From contig JAUVZE010000001.1 in assembly GCA_030602665.1 (NCBI GenBank), forward strand, positions 1 to 29,023: a stretch of DNA of 29,023 bases. Reading direction: 5' to 3'. This document shows positions 16,629 to 26,564 of this stretch, piece by piece. The notes under the pieces were generated by a model, which worked only from the letters and a program-made list of their open reading frames with translations, had not been told where the DNA came from and did not search any database. The DNA is from Dehalococcoidia bacterium (GTDB taxonomy: Bacteria > Chloroflexota > Dehalococcoidia > Dehalococcoidales > JAUVZE01). Within the stretch, counting starts at the first letter, position 1. The number at the start of each line of letters is the position of its first letter. Made by a program: the position numbers and the translations under genes.

Positions 16629-17050
16629 AGGCAAAGGGAGCCTTTTTGCCTGATATTGTTGCTTTCTGTTGCGCCCAGTCTGCTTACCAGGCAGCAGATA
16701 CAGCCGGTTCTATGAGGATTACCTACCCGGAGAATATTAGGGTTATTCGGGTTCCCTGTGCCGGAAGAGTGGATGTGCTTCACATCTTGAGAGCCTTTGA
16801 AAAGGGCGCTGATGGGGTACTGGTCTTAGGCTGCCATGAGGAAGCCTGCCGCCACCTTTCTGGCAATATCAGGGCCAAGAATAGAGTTCAGAGGGTGAAT
16901 ACCCTTTTGCAAGAAGTGGGAATAGACGGCAAGCGTGTTGAGATGTTCACTCTGGCACCAAATCAGGGTTCCAGATTTGCCCGCATAGCCAATGAAGTGA
17001 ATGAGAGAATAAAAGAGCTAGGTCCAAGTCCTGTAAAATCAGGGGCCTAG
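16625..17050 (+). CDS. mvhD: MvhD/FlpD-family [2Fe-2S] protein 1
   Basis: 'FCCAQSAY', 'RVPCAGR', 'GADGVLVLGCHEEACRH'; ATGA overlap with hdrA2. Confidence 0.9.
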   Translation: MKAKGAFLPDIVAFCCAQSAYQAADTAGSMRITYPENIRVIRVPCAGRVDVLHILRAFEKGADGVLVLGCHEEACRHLSGNIRAKNRVQRVNTLLQEVGIDGKRVEMFTLAPNQGSRFARIANEVNERIKELGPSPVKSGA

Positions 17051-17064
17051 GGGGAGATGATGAA

Positions 17065-17721
17065 ATGATAGTAGCCGAAAGAAAGCCTCTAGAAGATATT
17101 AGAGAGATGATAGCTGGGTATAAGAAGATATTGATAGTGGGCTGTGGCACTTGTGTCACCATTTGTTGGGCTGGTGGAGAAAAAGAGGTGGCAGTGCTTT
17201 CCTCTCAGCTTAGGCTAGCTTCTAAGAAAGATGGTAATGAGCTTGAAATCTTGGAAGCTACTATTGAGAGGCAATGTGAGAAGGAATTGGTAGAGGCACT
17301 GAAAGACAAGGTGCAGCAAGTAGAGGCGGTTCTGTCCATGGGATGTGGGGCTGGAGTGCAGCCTATTGCCGAGATATTCCCAGATATGCCAGTCTACCCA
17401 GCACTAAATACCACGTTTGTGGGAATGCCTGAGGGGGAAGGAGTGTGGGTGGAAACTTGTAGAGCCTGTGGCGATTGTTTTCTGGATAAGACAGGAGGGA
17501 TTTGTCCTATTGTGAGGTGTGCCAAAGGGCTGCTCAATGGGCCTTGCGGTGGCACAAACAATGGCAAGTGCGAGATAGACTCAGAGAAGGACTGTGCTTG
17601 GACGCTCATTTATCGGAGACTTGAGCAACAGGGAAGGCTCGATGCGATGCGGAAGTATTATCCGCCGAGGAATTTCCAGGCAGTGATAAGGCCTGGGAAA
17701 GTTGAGACCTTACCAGCATAA
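17065..17721 (+). CDS. metV: Methylene-THF reductase small Fe-S/Zn subunit MetV
   Basis: 'GCGTCVTIC', 'GCGAG', 'CRACGDC', 'CPIVRCAKGLLNGPCGG...CE...CAW'; directly upstream of metF. Confidence 0.92.
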   Translation: MIVAERKPLEDIREMIAGYKKILIVGCGTCVTICWAGGEKEVAVLSSQLRLASKKDGNELEILEATIERQCEKELVEALKDKVQQVEAVLSMGCGAGVQPIAEIFPDMPVYPALNTTFVGMPEGEGVWVETCRACGDCFLDKTGGICPIVRCAKGLLNGPCGGTNNGKCEIDSEKDCAWTLIYRRLEQQGRLDAMRKYYPPRNFQAVIRPGKVETLPA

Positions 17722-17735
17722 AAGGGGTGTGAGCC

Positions 17736-18626
17736 ATGGCTAAAGCATTTAAAGAAACCCTCAACTCAGGAAAATTCGTAGTGACGAGCGAGATTGGACC
17801 TCCAAAAGGGACCAATCTTGAGAAATTGATTCACCACATTGACCTTCTTAAGGACAAGGTGGATGCCCTGAATGTGACTGACAACCAAAGCTCAGTGATG
17901 CGCTTCCCTTCATTAGGAACTTGTCTACTCATTAAAGAGCGTGGCGGGGAGCCGATTCTGCAGATGACCTGTCGTGACCGCAACCGTATGGCACTTGAGG
18001 CAGACCTTCTCTTTGCTTACACCAGAGGAATTAAAAATGTTCTTTGCCTTACTGGCGATTTTATTACTATAGGTGACCATAAAGAGGCCAGAGCCGTCTT
18101 TGACCTTGATTCACTTCAGTTACTTCATATGGTACGTATCCTGCAATCAGGCAAAGACCTAGGAGGAAACGAACTAGACGGAGCGGTAGAGTTTTGTGCT
18201 GGTGCTACTGTTACCCCAGAGGCAAACCCTATCGAGCCTCAGCTCATCAAATTTGAAAAGAAGGTTCAGGCAGGAGCCGAATTTTTCCAGACGCAAGCAA
18301 TTTACGACCTTGATAACTTCAAGAAGTTTATGAAATATGTCCGTGGGCTAGACAAAAATATCAAAATTTTAGCTGGCATAGTGCTTTTGGCCTCAGCAGG
18401 AATGGCAAAATATATGAATGAAAATACCCCCGGTGTTTTCGTCCCGCAAGTTTTGATTGATGAGATGGCAACTGCTGAGAAAGGCAAGCGTGTTCAAAAG
18501 GGTATTGAGATTGCCGGCCGACTCATCAGGCAAATAAAAGAAGAAGCTATCTGTGACGGAGTCCATATCATGGCTATTGGCAGAGAAGAGGTAGTTCCTG
18601 ATATTTTAGCGGCAGGTGGACTTTAG
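17736..18626 (+). CDS. metF: Methylene-THF reductase MetF (canonical residues intact)
   Basis: 'TSEIGPPKG' (catalytic Glu), 'QMTCRDRNR', 'LTGD', 'FFQTQAIYD', 'GVHIM'. Confidence 0.93.
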   Translation: MAKAFKETLNSGKFVVTSEIGPPKGTNLEKLIHHIDLLKDKVDALNVTDNQSSVMRFPSLGTCLLIKERGGEPILQMTCRDRNRMALEADLLFAYTRGIKNVLCLTGDFITIGDHKEARAVFDLDSLQLLHMVRILQSGKDLGGNELDGAVEFCAGATVTPEANPIEPQLIKFEKKVQAGAEFFQTQAIYDLDNFKKFMKYVRGLDKNIKILAGIVLLASAGMAKYMNENTPGVFVPQVLIDEMATAEKGKRVQKGIEIAGRLIRQIKEEAICDGVHIMAIGREEVVPDILAAGGL

Positions 18627-18673
18627 CCAGCGGAAGTAAAGTATTCAAAACTTAGGAGCCAGAGGAGGCGAAG

Positions 18674-19168
18674 ATGGGAACTATAGTGTTAAGTGAGCTA
18701 GACCCCAAATTTAAGTATGAAGTCGCTGAGCAACCGGGGGGTGAGAATATTAAGGTCTGCTTCTCTTGTGGGCTTTGCACTGCTGGCTGCCCAGTTTCAG
18801 AAATCGATGAGAACTACAATCCAAGAAAGATTATTCACATGGTGTTACTTGGGATGAGAGAGCAGGTTCTCTCTTCCGATTTCATCTGGCTCTGCTCTCT
18901 GTGTTATACCTGTTATGCCCATTGCCCTCAAAATGTCAAATTCACCGATGTCATGCGCGCCTTGAGAACTATGGCAGTGAAAGAGGGTTATGTTCATCCC
19001 TCCTTTCCTGACCGGATAAAGGAAATTGATAATCTTTCTCAAAAATTGCGGCAGCAAATGGCACTGTCCATTTTGAGGAGAAAATCAGAGGATGCTAGTA
19101 TAAACCCAGCAGAGTTGCTGGCTAAAGCTTCACGGGAAGTAGAGAGAGCTAAGTCTCCCGTTTCTTAA
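18674..19168 (+). CDS. hdrC: HdrC-like 2x[4Fe-4S] protein
   Basis: CFSCGLCTAGCP, 'NPRKIIHMVLLG', 'IWLCSLCYTCYAHCP'. Confidence 0.9.
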   Translation: MGTIVLSELDPKFKYEVAEQPGGENIKVCFSCGLCTAGCPVSEIDENYNPRKIIHMVLLGMREQVLSSDFIWLCSLCYTCYAHCPQNVKFTDVMRALRTMAVKEGYVHPSFPDRIKEIDNLSQKLRQQMALSILRRKSEDASINPAELLAKASREVERAKSPVS

Positions 19169-19191
19169 ACTGAAGGGAGCAAGGAAAGTTC

Positions 19192-22100
19192 ATGAAATCA
19201 GGACCATCAGAAAATAAGCAAGTAGGGGCGGTACTGGTAGTGGGTGGTGGGATAGGAGGAGTACAGGCAGCACTTGATTTAGCTGAGTCTGGTTACTATG
19301 TTTACCTGGTAGAGAAATCTCCTGCCATTGGCGGGGTTATGGCTCAACTTGACAAGACCTTCCCTACCAACGATTGCTCTATGTGCATCCTTTCGCCCAA
19401 GCTTGTAGAGTGCGGAAGGCATCTCAACATTGAGCTAATAACTAATGCTGAGCTAAAGGAAGTCTCAGGAGAGCCGGGACAGTTTAAGGTTAAGATTCTG
19501 ACAAAATCACGATATATCGATACTCAGAAATGCACCGGCTGTGGTGAATGCGTTCAAGTCTGTCCCGTGGAGGTCGATAGTGAATTTGACGTGGGGTTAA
19601 CCAAGAGAAAGGCAATCTTTATACCCTATCCTCAGGCAGTCCCCAGCATTTTCACCGTTGACAAGAAGGAAAGACCGCCGTGCGTGAGAACTTGCCCGGC
19701 ACATGTAAATGTCCAGGGATACATAGCTCTTACCTCCAAGGGGAAGTACAAAGAGGCTCTAGAACTGGTCAAGGAGAACCTCCCCCTGCCAGGGGTATTG
19801 GGGAGGATCTGTCCCCACCCCTGCGAATCCAAATGCAATAGAGCGCCTCTTGATGAGCCTCTGGCTATTGCAAGCATCAAGCGGTTCATAGCGGACCAAG
19901 CTAAGGATGAGCTGCTCCCTCAGGTAAAGACGGAGAGAAAAGATGAGAGGGTTGCCATTGTCGGTTCTGGCCCTGCAGGGCTTACCGCCGCTTACCAACT
20001 GGCAAAGGAAGGATATGGGGTAACTGTGTTTGAGGCCTTGCCCGTTGTTGGTGGGATGCTATATGTCGGAATACCTGAATATCGTCTTCCTAAGGGGGTA
20101 TTGGAGCAAGAGGTTGAAGCTATCAAGCACATGGGCATCGAGATAAAAACCAACACCCCTATAGGCAAAGACTTAACCTTGGATACTCTCTTCACTCAAG
20201 GGTATAAAGCGATGTTTATTGCAGTTGGTGCTCACAAAAGCTTGGAGCTTGGTATCCCTGGAGAGCATGCTGCTGGTGTAGTTCAAGGTGTGGCATTCTT
20301 AAGGGAAATGAATTTGGGGAAGGAAGTAAGACTTGGGAGGAAGGTTGCCATAATTGGTGGCGGTAACGTAGCCATTGATGCAGCCAGAAGTGCACTTCGC
20401 TTAGGCGCTCAAAAGGTTTTCATCCTCTATCGCCGCTCTAGAATGGAGATGCCAGCAAGCGATGAGGAAATAGAGGCGGCTTTAACCGAAGGGGTTGAAA
20501 TACAGTATTTGGTTGCCCCAACAGAGGTTCTGGTTAAGGAGGTTAAGGATGGAAAGGTGGTGGGCATAAGGTGTATACAGATGGAGCTAGGGGCACCTGA
20601 TGCCACAGGGAGGAGGAGGCCAATACCCATCCCGGGCTCCGAGTTTGATATAGAAGCAGACATGATTATCCCTGCTATCGGTCAAGCTCCCGACCTTTCC
20701 TTCCTCGAAGGCTCAGGGGTAACACTCAGCAGAAGGGGCTTGATAGATGTCAACCCAATTACCCTTGCCACCAGTCGACCCGGTGTTTTCGCCGGGGGAG
20801 ATGCCCAAACTGGACCTGGGATAGCTATTGAAGCGGTGGCAGCAGGAAACAGGGCAGCAGTTTCCATCATAAGATACCTCAAAGGCGAGGATTTGAGAGA
20901 GGGGAGAGAAATAAAGGAAGAGGAGATTAGACCTCTCGGTTTGAGCGAACTCCCCGTGGGAGAGCCGAGGAAGCCCCGGGTACAAATGCCAACTATCAAG
21001 CCAGAAAGAAGGCAAAACAGCTTTGATGAGGTTGAGCTAGGCTTCACTGAGGAGACGGCTCTTCAGGAAGCAAAGAGGTGCCTTAACTGTGGGATCTGCT
21101 CCGAGTGTCTCCAGTGTGTCGCTGCCTGCAAAGCCGAAGCCATCGACCACGAGATGCAAGACAAGATGATAGAGATAAAGGTGGGGGCGGTGATAGTTGC
21201 TGGTGGCTACGAACTTTTTGACCCAAGCGTCCAATATGAACTCGGCTATACCAGGTCCCCCAACGTGGTAACCAGCCTAGAATTTGAACGTATATTAAGC
21301 GCCTCCGGTCCATTCCAGGGAACCTTGTTAAGACCTTCGGATTTAACCCCACCGCAAAAGATGGCCTTTATTCAATGTGTTGGCTCCAGGGATGCCCAAA
21401 ACCCCTATTGCTCTTCAGTATGCTGTACCTATGCTATTAAAGAGGCCATTATCGCCAAAGAGCATAGCACTGTTCCTCTGGATGTGACTATTTTCTTTAT
21501 GGATATGAGAACCTATGGTAAGGATTTTGATAGATATTATGACCGTGCCAAAGAGGAGAGTCAGGTTAAGTTCGTCAGGGCAAAGGTACATGACATTGAA
21601 GAGAAGGATGGCACTGGAGACTTAGTAGTCAAATTTGCCACAGAGGATGGGGGGATAAGGGCAGAGGATTTTAATTTGGTTGTCCTTTCTGTCGGCTTCC
21701 AAGCCTCCCCAGGGATGGTCGACCTAGCCAAGAAACTGGGGGTTCAGCTAAATCCCTACGGTTTCTGCCAAACCGGAAGTTTTTCCCCAGTTGAAACCTC
21801 AAAACCAGGCATATTCGTCTGCGGCGCCTTCAGTGGACCCAAAGACATCCCTGAGACAGTTATGCAGGCTAGCGGAGCAGCGGGAAGCGCTTCGGCTTTA
21901 CTTGCTCCTGCCCGCAAGACATTAGTCAAGGAGAAGGTATATCCTCCGGAAAAGGATGTCGCAGGGGAAGAGCCAAGGATTGGTATCTTCGTTTGCCACT
22001 GCGGAATCAACATCGGCGGGGTGGTAAATGTTCCTGAGGTGAGGGAATATGCAGCCACCTTGCCCAATGTCGTCTTCACCGATGCTAACCTCTATACCTG

Positions 22101-23658
22101 CTCTCAGGATACGCAGGAAAAAATAAAGGCAATGATTGAAGAACACAACCTCAACCGGGTGATAGTAGCCTCATGCTCTCCCAGAACTCATGAGCCTTTG
22201 TTTCAGGAGACTATTAAAGAGGCAGGCTTGAATAGATACCTATTTGAGATGACTAATATCCGTGACCAGTGCTCTTGGGTTCATATGCATGAGCCGGAGA
22301 AAGCTACCGAGAAGGCAAAAGACCTAGTGAGGATGGCAGTAGCCAAAGCGAGGCTGATTGAACCACTGAGACAATTGTCCCTCAGTATCAACCACTCAGC
22401 CTTGGTCATAGGTGGTGGAATATCAGGGATGGTGAGTGCCCTGACTTTAGCAGAGCAGGGATTTAAAGTGCACTTAGTGGAGAGGAATAGTGAGCTTGGT
22501 GGGATAGCAGGGAGGATACATTACACCTTAGAGGGTGGAAATGTTCAAGCTTATTTAGCTGGTCTTATTGAAAAGGTTACTAACCATGACTTAATTGAAG
22601 TATATACTAATGCTTATATTGTGGATGCCTCTGGTTATGTGGGAAATTTCACCACAGAGTTAATGAGGTATCGTGGGCCATATGTTGAGAGAATTGAACA
22701 CGGGGTAGTTATCATAGCCACAGGAGGTCAAGAATATAGACCTGATGAATATCTTTATGGGAGAGACCCCAGAGTGCTCACCGCTCTTGAGCTAGAGGAA
22801 GAAATAGCTAAGGGCAATCCAGACATCACTGATTGCAACAACTTGGTGATGATTCAATGTGTAGGCTCTCGCCATGACCAAAGACCCTACTGTAGCAAGG
22901 TATGTTGTAGCCAGGCGATAAAGAATGCTTTAAAGCTAAAAGAGATAAAGCCTGAGATGGAAATCTATATACTTTATAGAGATATGAGGACCTATGGGTT
23001 TAAAGAAGATTATTATCAGGAGGCTCGTCGCCGAGGGGTGATATTCCTCCGCTACGATTTGGATAAGAAACCTGAAGTCAGAGCGGTGAGGGAAAATGGC
23101 CAATATCTGCTGAAAGTAAAAGTTTACGACCCTGTAATAGGTGAACAAGTCCTTATCAATGCGGATATACTGGCTTTAGGTGTGGCTACAATCCCTTCAG
23201 CCGAAATTAGAGAATTGGCTCAGTTTTATAAGGTGCCTCTAAATGAGGACGGCTTCTTTGTAGAAGCCCATGTAAAGCTCCGCCCGGTTGATTTCGCTAC
23301 TGAGGGTGCTTTTGTATGCGGTCTAGCTCATGCGCCAAAGTCTATAGAAGAGAGCATTGCGCAGGCTAAAGCAGCCGCCTCACGGGCTACTACCATACTG
23401 GTTAAGGATACGATAACTGCTGAAGGCATAGTCTGCTCGGTAAATGAAGACATTTGCAGCGGCTGCGGTATCTGCGAGGTGCTTTGCCCTTATTTAGCTA
23501 TTGCCGTTGATAAAACAGAGAGGGTAGCCAAGGTTAATGAAGCACTGTGTAAAGGCTGTGGGACTTGCTGCGCTGCTTGCCCTTCCGGCGCTGCTCAACA
23601 ACGAGGCTTTAGAAGGGACCAGATATCTTCCATGATTAGTGCTGCTTTGGGGGTATAG
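19192..23658 (+). CDS. hdrL: HdrL-type large flavoprotein: two HdrA modules with an inserted GltD/NfnB-like NAD(P)H module
   Basis: 'LDKTFPTNDCSMC', GltD-like 'CVRTCP...GRICPHPCESKC...GSGPAG...GIPEYRLP...GGGNVA...YRR', two 'QCVGSR..YCSxVCC' motifs, 'VCHCG...REQC-like' domain, and C-terminal CSGCGICEVLCP and CKGCGTCCAACP. Confidence 0.9.
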   Translation: MKSGPSENKQVGAVLVVGGGIGGVQAALDLAESGYYVYLVEKSPAIGGVMAQLDKTFPTNDCSMCILSPKLVECGRHLNIELITNAELKEVSGEPGQFKVKILTKSRYIDTQKCTGCGECVQVCPVEVDSEFDVGLTKRKAIFIPYPQAVPSIFTVDKKERPPCVRTCPAHVNVQGYIALTSKGKYKEALELVKENLPLPGVLGRICPHPCESKCNRAPLDEPLAIASIKRFIADQAKDELLPQVKTERKDERVAIVGSGPAGLTAAYQLAKEGYGVTVFEALPVVGGMLYVGIPEYRLPKGVLEQEVEAIKHMGIEIKTNTPIGKDLTLDTLFTQGYKAMFIAVGAHKSLELGIPGEHAAGVVQGVAFLREMNLGKEVRLGRKVAIIGGGNVAIDAARSALRLGAQKVFILYRRSRMEMPASDEEIEAALTEGVEIQYLVAPTEVLVKEVKDGKVVGIRCIQMELGAPDATGRRRPIPIPGSEFDIEADMIIPAIGQAPDLSFLEGSGVTLSRRGLIDVNPITLATSRPGVFAGGDAQTGPGIAIEAVAAGNRAAVSIIRYLKGEDLREGREIKEEEIRPLGLSELPVGEPRKPRVQMPTIKPERRQNSFDEVELGFTEETALQEAKRCLNCGICSECLQCVAACKAEAIDHEMQDKMIEIKVGAVIVAGGYELFDPSVQYELGYTRSPNVVTSLEFERILSASGPFQGTLLRPSDLTPPQKMAFIQCVGSRDAQNPYCSSVCCTYAIKEAIIAKEHSTVPLDVTIFFMDMRTYGKDFDRYYDRAKEESQVKFVRAKVHDIEEKDGTGDLVVKFATEDGGIRAEDFNLVVLSVGFQASPGMVDLAKKLGVQLNPYGFCQTGSFSPVETSKPGIFVCGAFSGPKDIPETVMQASGAAGSASALLAPARKTLVKEKVYPPEKDVAGEEPRIGIFVCHCGINIGGVVNVPEVREYAATLPNVVFTDANLYTCSQDTQEKIKAMIEEHNLNRVIVASCSPRTHEPLFQETIKEAGLNRYLFEMTNIRDQCSWVHMHEPEKATEKAKDLVRMAVAKARLIEPLRQLSLSINHSALVIGGGISGMVSALTLAEQGFKVHLVERNSELGGIAGRIHYTLEGGNVQAYLAGLIEKVTNHDLIEVYTNAYIVDASGYVGNFTTELMRYRGPYVERIEHGVVIIATGGQEYRPDEYLYGRDPRVLTALELEEEIAKGNPDITDCNNLVMIQCVGSRHDQRPYCSKVCCSQAIKNALKLKEIKPEMEIYILYRDMRTYGFKEDYYQEARRRGVIFLRYDLDKKPEVRAVRENGQYLLKVKVYDPVIGEQVLINADILALGVATIPSAEIRELAQFYKVPLNEDGFFVEAHVKLRPVDFATEGAFVCGLAHAPKSIEESIAQAKAAASRATTILVKDTITAEGIVCSVNEDICSGCGICEVLCPYLAIAVDKTERVAKVNEALCKGCGTCCAACPSGAAQQRGFRRDQISSMISAALGV

Positions 23659-23659
23659 C

Positions 23660-24088
23660 ATGGATGGGTTTGAGCCCAAAATCATAGGCTTTTGCTGCAA
23701 CTGGTGTGCTTATGCTGGTGCTGACTTGGCTGGGATAGGTCGGATTCAGTATCCCCCTAACCTGAGGATGATAAGGGTGATGTGTTCCGGAACAATTGAG
23801 CCAGTATATGTCTTGGAAGCTTTTCAGAAGGGAGCCGATGGGGTCTTCATCGGAGGTTGTCACCCGGGGGATTGCCACTACCAAGCTGGAAATTATAAGA
23901 CCATGAGGAAGGTTATCTTGATGAAAAGACTGCTCTCTCAACTGGGGATAAGCCCTAAGAGGTTGAGACTGGAGTGGGTATCGGCAGCAGAGGGACAACG
24001 ATTCGCTCAAGTGGTTACCGACTTTATTGCCGAGGTAAAAGAACTGGGACCGAATCCATTGAATCAAGAGGTTGCTCAACATGGATAA
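23660..24088 (+). CDS. mvhD: MvhD [2Fe-2S] protein 2 (hydrogenase delta subunit)
   Basis: 'GFCCNWCAYAGAD', 'RVMCSG', 'GCHPGDCHY', 'EWVSAAEG'. Start set at ATG 23660, just after the hdrL stop. Confidence 0.93.
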   Translation: MDGFEPKIIGFCCNWCAYAGADLAGIGRIQYPPNLRMIRVMCSGTIEPVYVLEAFQKGADGVFIGGCHPGDCHYQAGNYKTMRKVILMKRLLSQLGISPKRLRLEWVSAAEGQRFAQVVTDFIAEVKELGPNPLNQEVAQHG

Positions 24089-25073
24089 AAAGATAAAGCT
24101 AGCTATTGGGCTGGGTGCCACATGTGCTGGATGTGACATCGCCATATTAGACCTTAATGAAAAGATTCTTGATTTGGCTTCCTTAGCTGATATTGTTTTC
24201 TGGCCAACGGCGATGGATTTCAAGCTCTCAGAATTGGAAAAGATAGAGAAAAACGAGATTGATATAAGTCTTTATCATGGTACTGTAAGAACCTCCGAGC
24301 ATGAACATATTGTTCACCTTTTAAGAGAGAGGTCCAAGGTTATAATTGCTTTCGGCTCGTGCTCTTGTTTTGGAGGCATTCCTGGACTTTGCAATCTCAC
24401 CAGTAAGGAAGAGATATTTGAAACTGCGTATAAAGAAACCCCGTCTACGGTAAATCCAGAATTTATTACCCCTAAAACTAAGGTTTCCCAAGATGGTCAT
24501 GACCTTACCTTACCGGAACTCTATAATGATGGAAGGGCATTGTCCCAAATTGCAGATGTGGATTACTACCTGCCAGGGTGTCCTCCAGCAGTGGAGCTGA
24601 TTGAGAGACTGATACCCATAATAAGCAACTTTCTGGAAACAGGCGAACTCCCACCTAAAGGCACAGTGATTGCCTCCGATAAGACGCTCTGTGACGAATG
24701 CCCTCTCACCAAAGAGAACAAAATGGTCTCAAGGATTTTTAGACCCCATGAGATTATCCCTGACCCTAAAAGGTGCTTGCTGGAACAAGGGATATTATGT
24801 ATGGGGCCTGCCACCAGAGGGGGCTGTGGTTCCAGATGCATCAATGTTGGTATGCCCTGCAGAGGGTGTATGGGACCTACAGCCGAGGTCAGAGACCAAG
24901 GGGCTAAAATGGTCTCGGCTATAGCTTCAATCCTAGGGGCAGAGAATGAGAAGGATTTGTCTGAAGATGATGTAGAGAAACTAATGGACCAGATTAAGGA
25001 CCCCGTGGGCACCTTCTATAGATTCAGTTTGCCAGTAGCCTTAGTCAATAAAAGAATAAAGGAAGGTAGTTAA
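24081..25073 (+). CDS. mvhG: Group 3c [NiFe]-hydrogenase small subunit
   Basis: 'CAGCDIAILDL', 'FGSCSCFGGIPGLCN', 'YLPGCPP', 'LCDEC...CLLEQGILCMGPATRGGC...C...MPCRGCMG'. Confidence 0.92.
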   Translation: MDKKIKLAIGLGATCAGCDIAILDLNEKILDLASLADIVFWPTAMDFKLSELEKIEKNEIDISLYHGTVRTSEHEHIVHLLRERSKVIIAFGSCSCFGGIPGLCNLTSKEEIFETAYKETPSTVNPEFITPKTKVSQDGHDLTLPELYNDGRALSQIADVDYYLPGCPPAVELIERLIPIISNFLETGELPPKGTVIASDKTLCDECPLTKENKMVSRIFRPHEIIPDPKRCLLEQGILCMGPATRGGCGSRCINVGMPCRGCMGPTAEVRDQGAKMVSAIASILGAENEKDLSEDDVEKLMDQIKDPVGTFYRFSLPVALVNKRIKEGS

Positions 25074-25076
25074 AGA

Positions 25077-26558
25077 ATGGCACAAGCCCAACAGCCTAAA
25101 TCAAAGCGGATTACTATTGAGCCCATAACCAGATTGGAGGGTGAGGCCAAGATAGATATATTCCTAAACGACGAGGGGAATGTGGATAATGCCTACTTTC
25201 AAGTAGTTGAGTTGCGAGGTTTTGAGAGGTTTTGCCAAGGGAGGCCGGTAGAGGAGATGCCTCGGATAACTACCAGAATCTGTGGTGTTTGCCCTGGTGC
25301 TCACCACATGGCTTCCTCTAAGGCAGTAGACGCTGTCTTTAATGTAGACCCACCAGAACCAGCAAAAAAACTAAGGGAACTCTTCTATTGCGCCCATATG
25401 CTCCATAGCCACATTGCCCACTTTTATGCCTTAGCCGGACCGGATTTTGTCCTAGGACCAGATGCCGACCCTTCAAAGAGGAATATCCTTGGCGTTATAG
25501 AAGCAGTCGGCTTAGATACCGGGAAGAAGGTTATTGCTGCTCGGGGCTATGCCCAGAGAATCCAAGAGATGATTGGTGGCAAAGCTACCCATCCAGTTTG
25601 TGGTCTCCCTGGAGGAATGTCTAAAGCGATAACAGAGGAAGAACGAAAAGAAATAGAAGAGATGGCTAAATCTTTGATAGACTTTGCCAAGTTTTCCCTA
25701 CAGTTAGTAGATGACTTAATTCTAAAGAACAAAGTCTATATGGATTTGATTACTGGCGACATTTACCACCATGAAACATATTATATGGGTATGGTGGATG
25801 AGAATAACAAGGTGAACTTCTATGATGGAGATATAAAGGTAGTAGACCAGAAGGGCAAGGAATATGCCAAGTTTAAGCCAAAGGACTACTTAAACTACAT
25901 TGAGGAGCATGTCGAACCTTGGTCATATCTCAAGTTCCCTTATCTAAAGGGTATAGGATGGAAGGGATTGGTTGATGGCAAGGATAGCGGCATTTACAGG
26001 GTCAACTCCTTGGCTCGGTTAAATGTAGCCGATGGCATGGCTACCCCCTTAGCCCAAGAGGCGTATGATAGGATGTTTGACATACTAGGGGACAAGCCAT
26101 CGCACGCCACACTAGCATTTAACTGGGCACGGATTGTGGAGATTATGTATGCTTCAGAGAGGCTGCTGGAATTAGCCACAGATAAGGACATTACCAGTAA
26201 AGATATTAGAACTATCCCCAAAGAGAAGCCAGGTGAAGGACTTGGCTGTGTGGAAGCACCCCGGGGAACATTATTCCATCATTATTGGTCAGATGAAGAG
26301 GGAATCATTAAGAAAGTAAACCTTATTGTGGCTACTGGGCAGAATAATGGACCCATGTGCATGTCGGTAAAGAAGGCAGCCCAGAGCCTCATCAAAAACT
26401 GGAAGGTTGACCAGGGACTCCTGAACATGGTGGAGATGGCATTCAGGGCTTATGACCCCTGCCTGGCTTGCGCTACCCATACATTACCTGGACATATGCC
26501 TTTGGAGGTCATTATCCGTGACCCTAAGGGCAAGATAGTGGAACAACTAAGGCAATAG
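25077..26558 (+). CDS. mvhA: Group 3c [NiFe]-hydrogenase large subunit
   Basis: 'IEPITRLEGE', L1 'RICGVCPGAH', 'VEAPRGTLFHHY', L2 'RAYDPCLACATH' followed by a cleavable C-terminal tail. Confidence 0.95.
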   Translation: MAQAQQPKSKRITIEPITRLEGEAKIDIFLNDEGNVDNAYFQVVELRGFERFCQGRPVEEMPRITTRICGVCPGAHHMASSKAVDAVFNVDPPEPAKKLRELFYCAHMLHSHIAHFYALAGPDFVLGPDADPSKRNILGVIEAVGLDTGKKVIAARGYAQRIQEMIGGKATHPVCGLPGGMSKAITEEERKEIEEMAKSLIDFAKFSLQLVDDLILKNKVYMDLITGDIYHHETYYMGMVDENNKVNFYDGDIKVVDQKGKEYAKFKPKDYLNYIEEHVEPWSYLKFPYLKGIGWKGLVDGKDSGIYRVNSLARLNVADGMATPLAQEAYDRMFDILGDKPSHATLAFNWARIVEIMYASERLLELATDKDITSKDIRTIPKEKPGEGLGCVEAPRGTLFHHYWSDEEGIIKKVNLIVATGQNNGPMCMSVKKAAQSLIKNWKVDQGLLNMVEMAFRAYDPCLACATHTLPGHMPLEVIIRDPKGKIVEQLRQ

Positions 26559-26564
26559 GGCATG

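Noticed and set aside
16625-17050. MvhD1 CCAQS instead of CCNWC read as loss of the [2Fe-2S] cluster
   Set aside because: The replaced Cys is also absent in QmoB-type MvhD domains, and the four likely ligand Cys residues remain.
19360-26480. Selenocysteine in HdrL (DCSMC), MvhD (CNWC) or MvhA (DPCLAC)
   Set aside because: All of these positions are ordinary Cys codons in uninterrupted ORFs.
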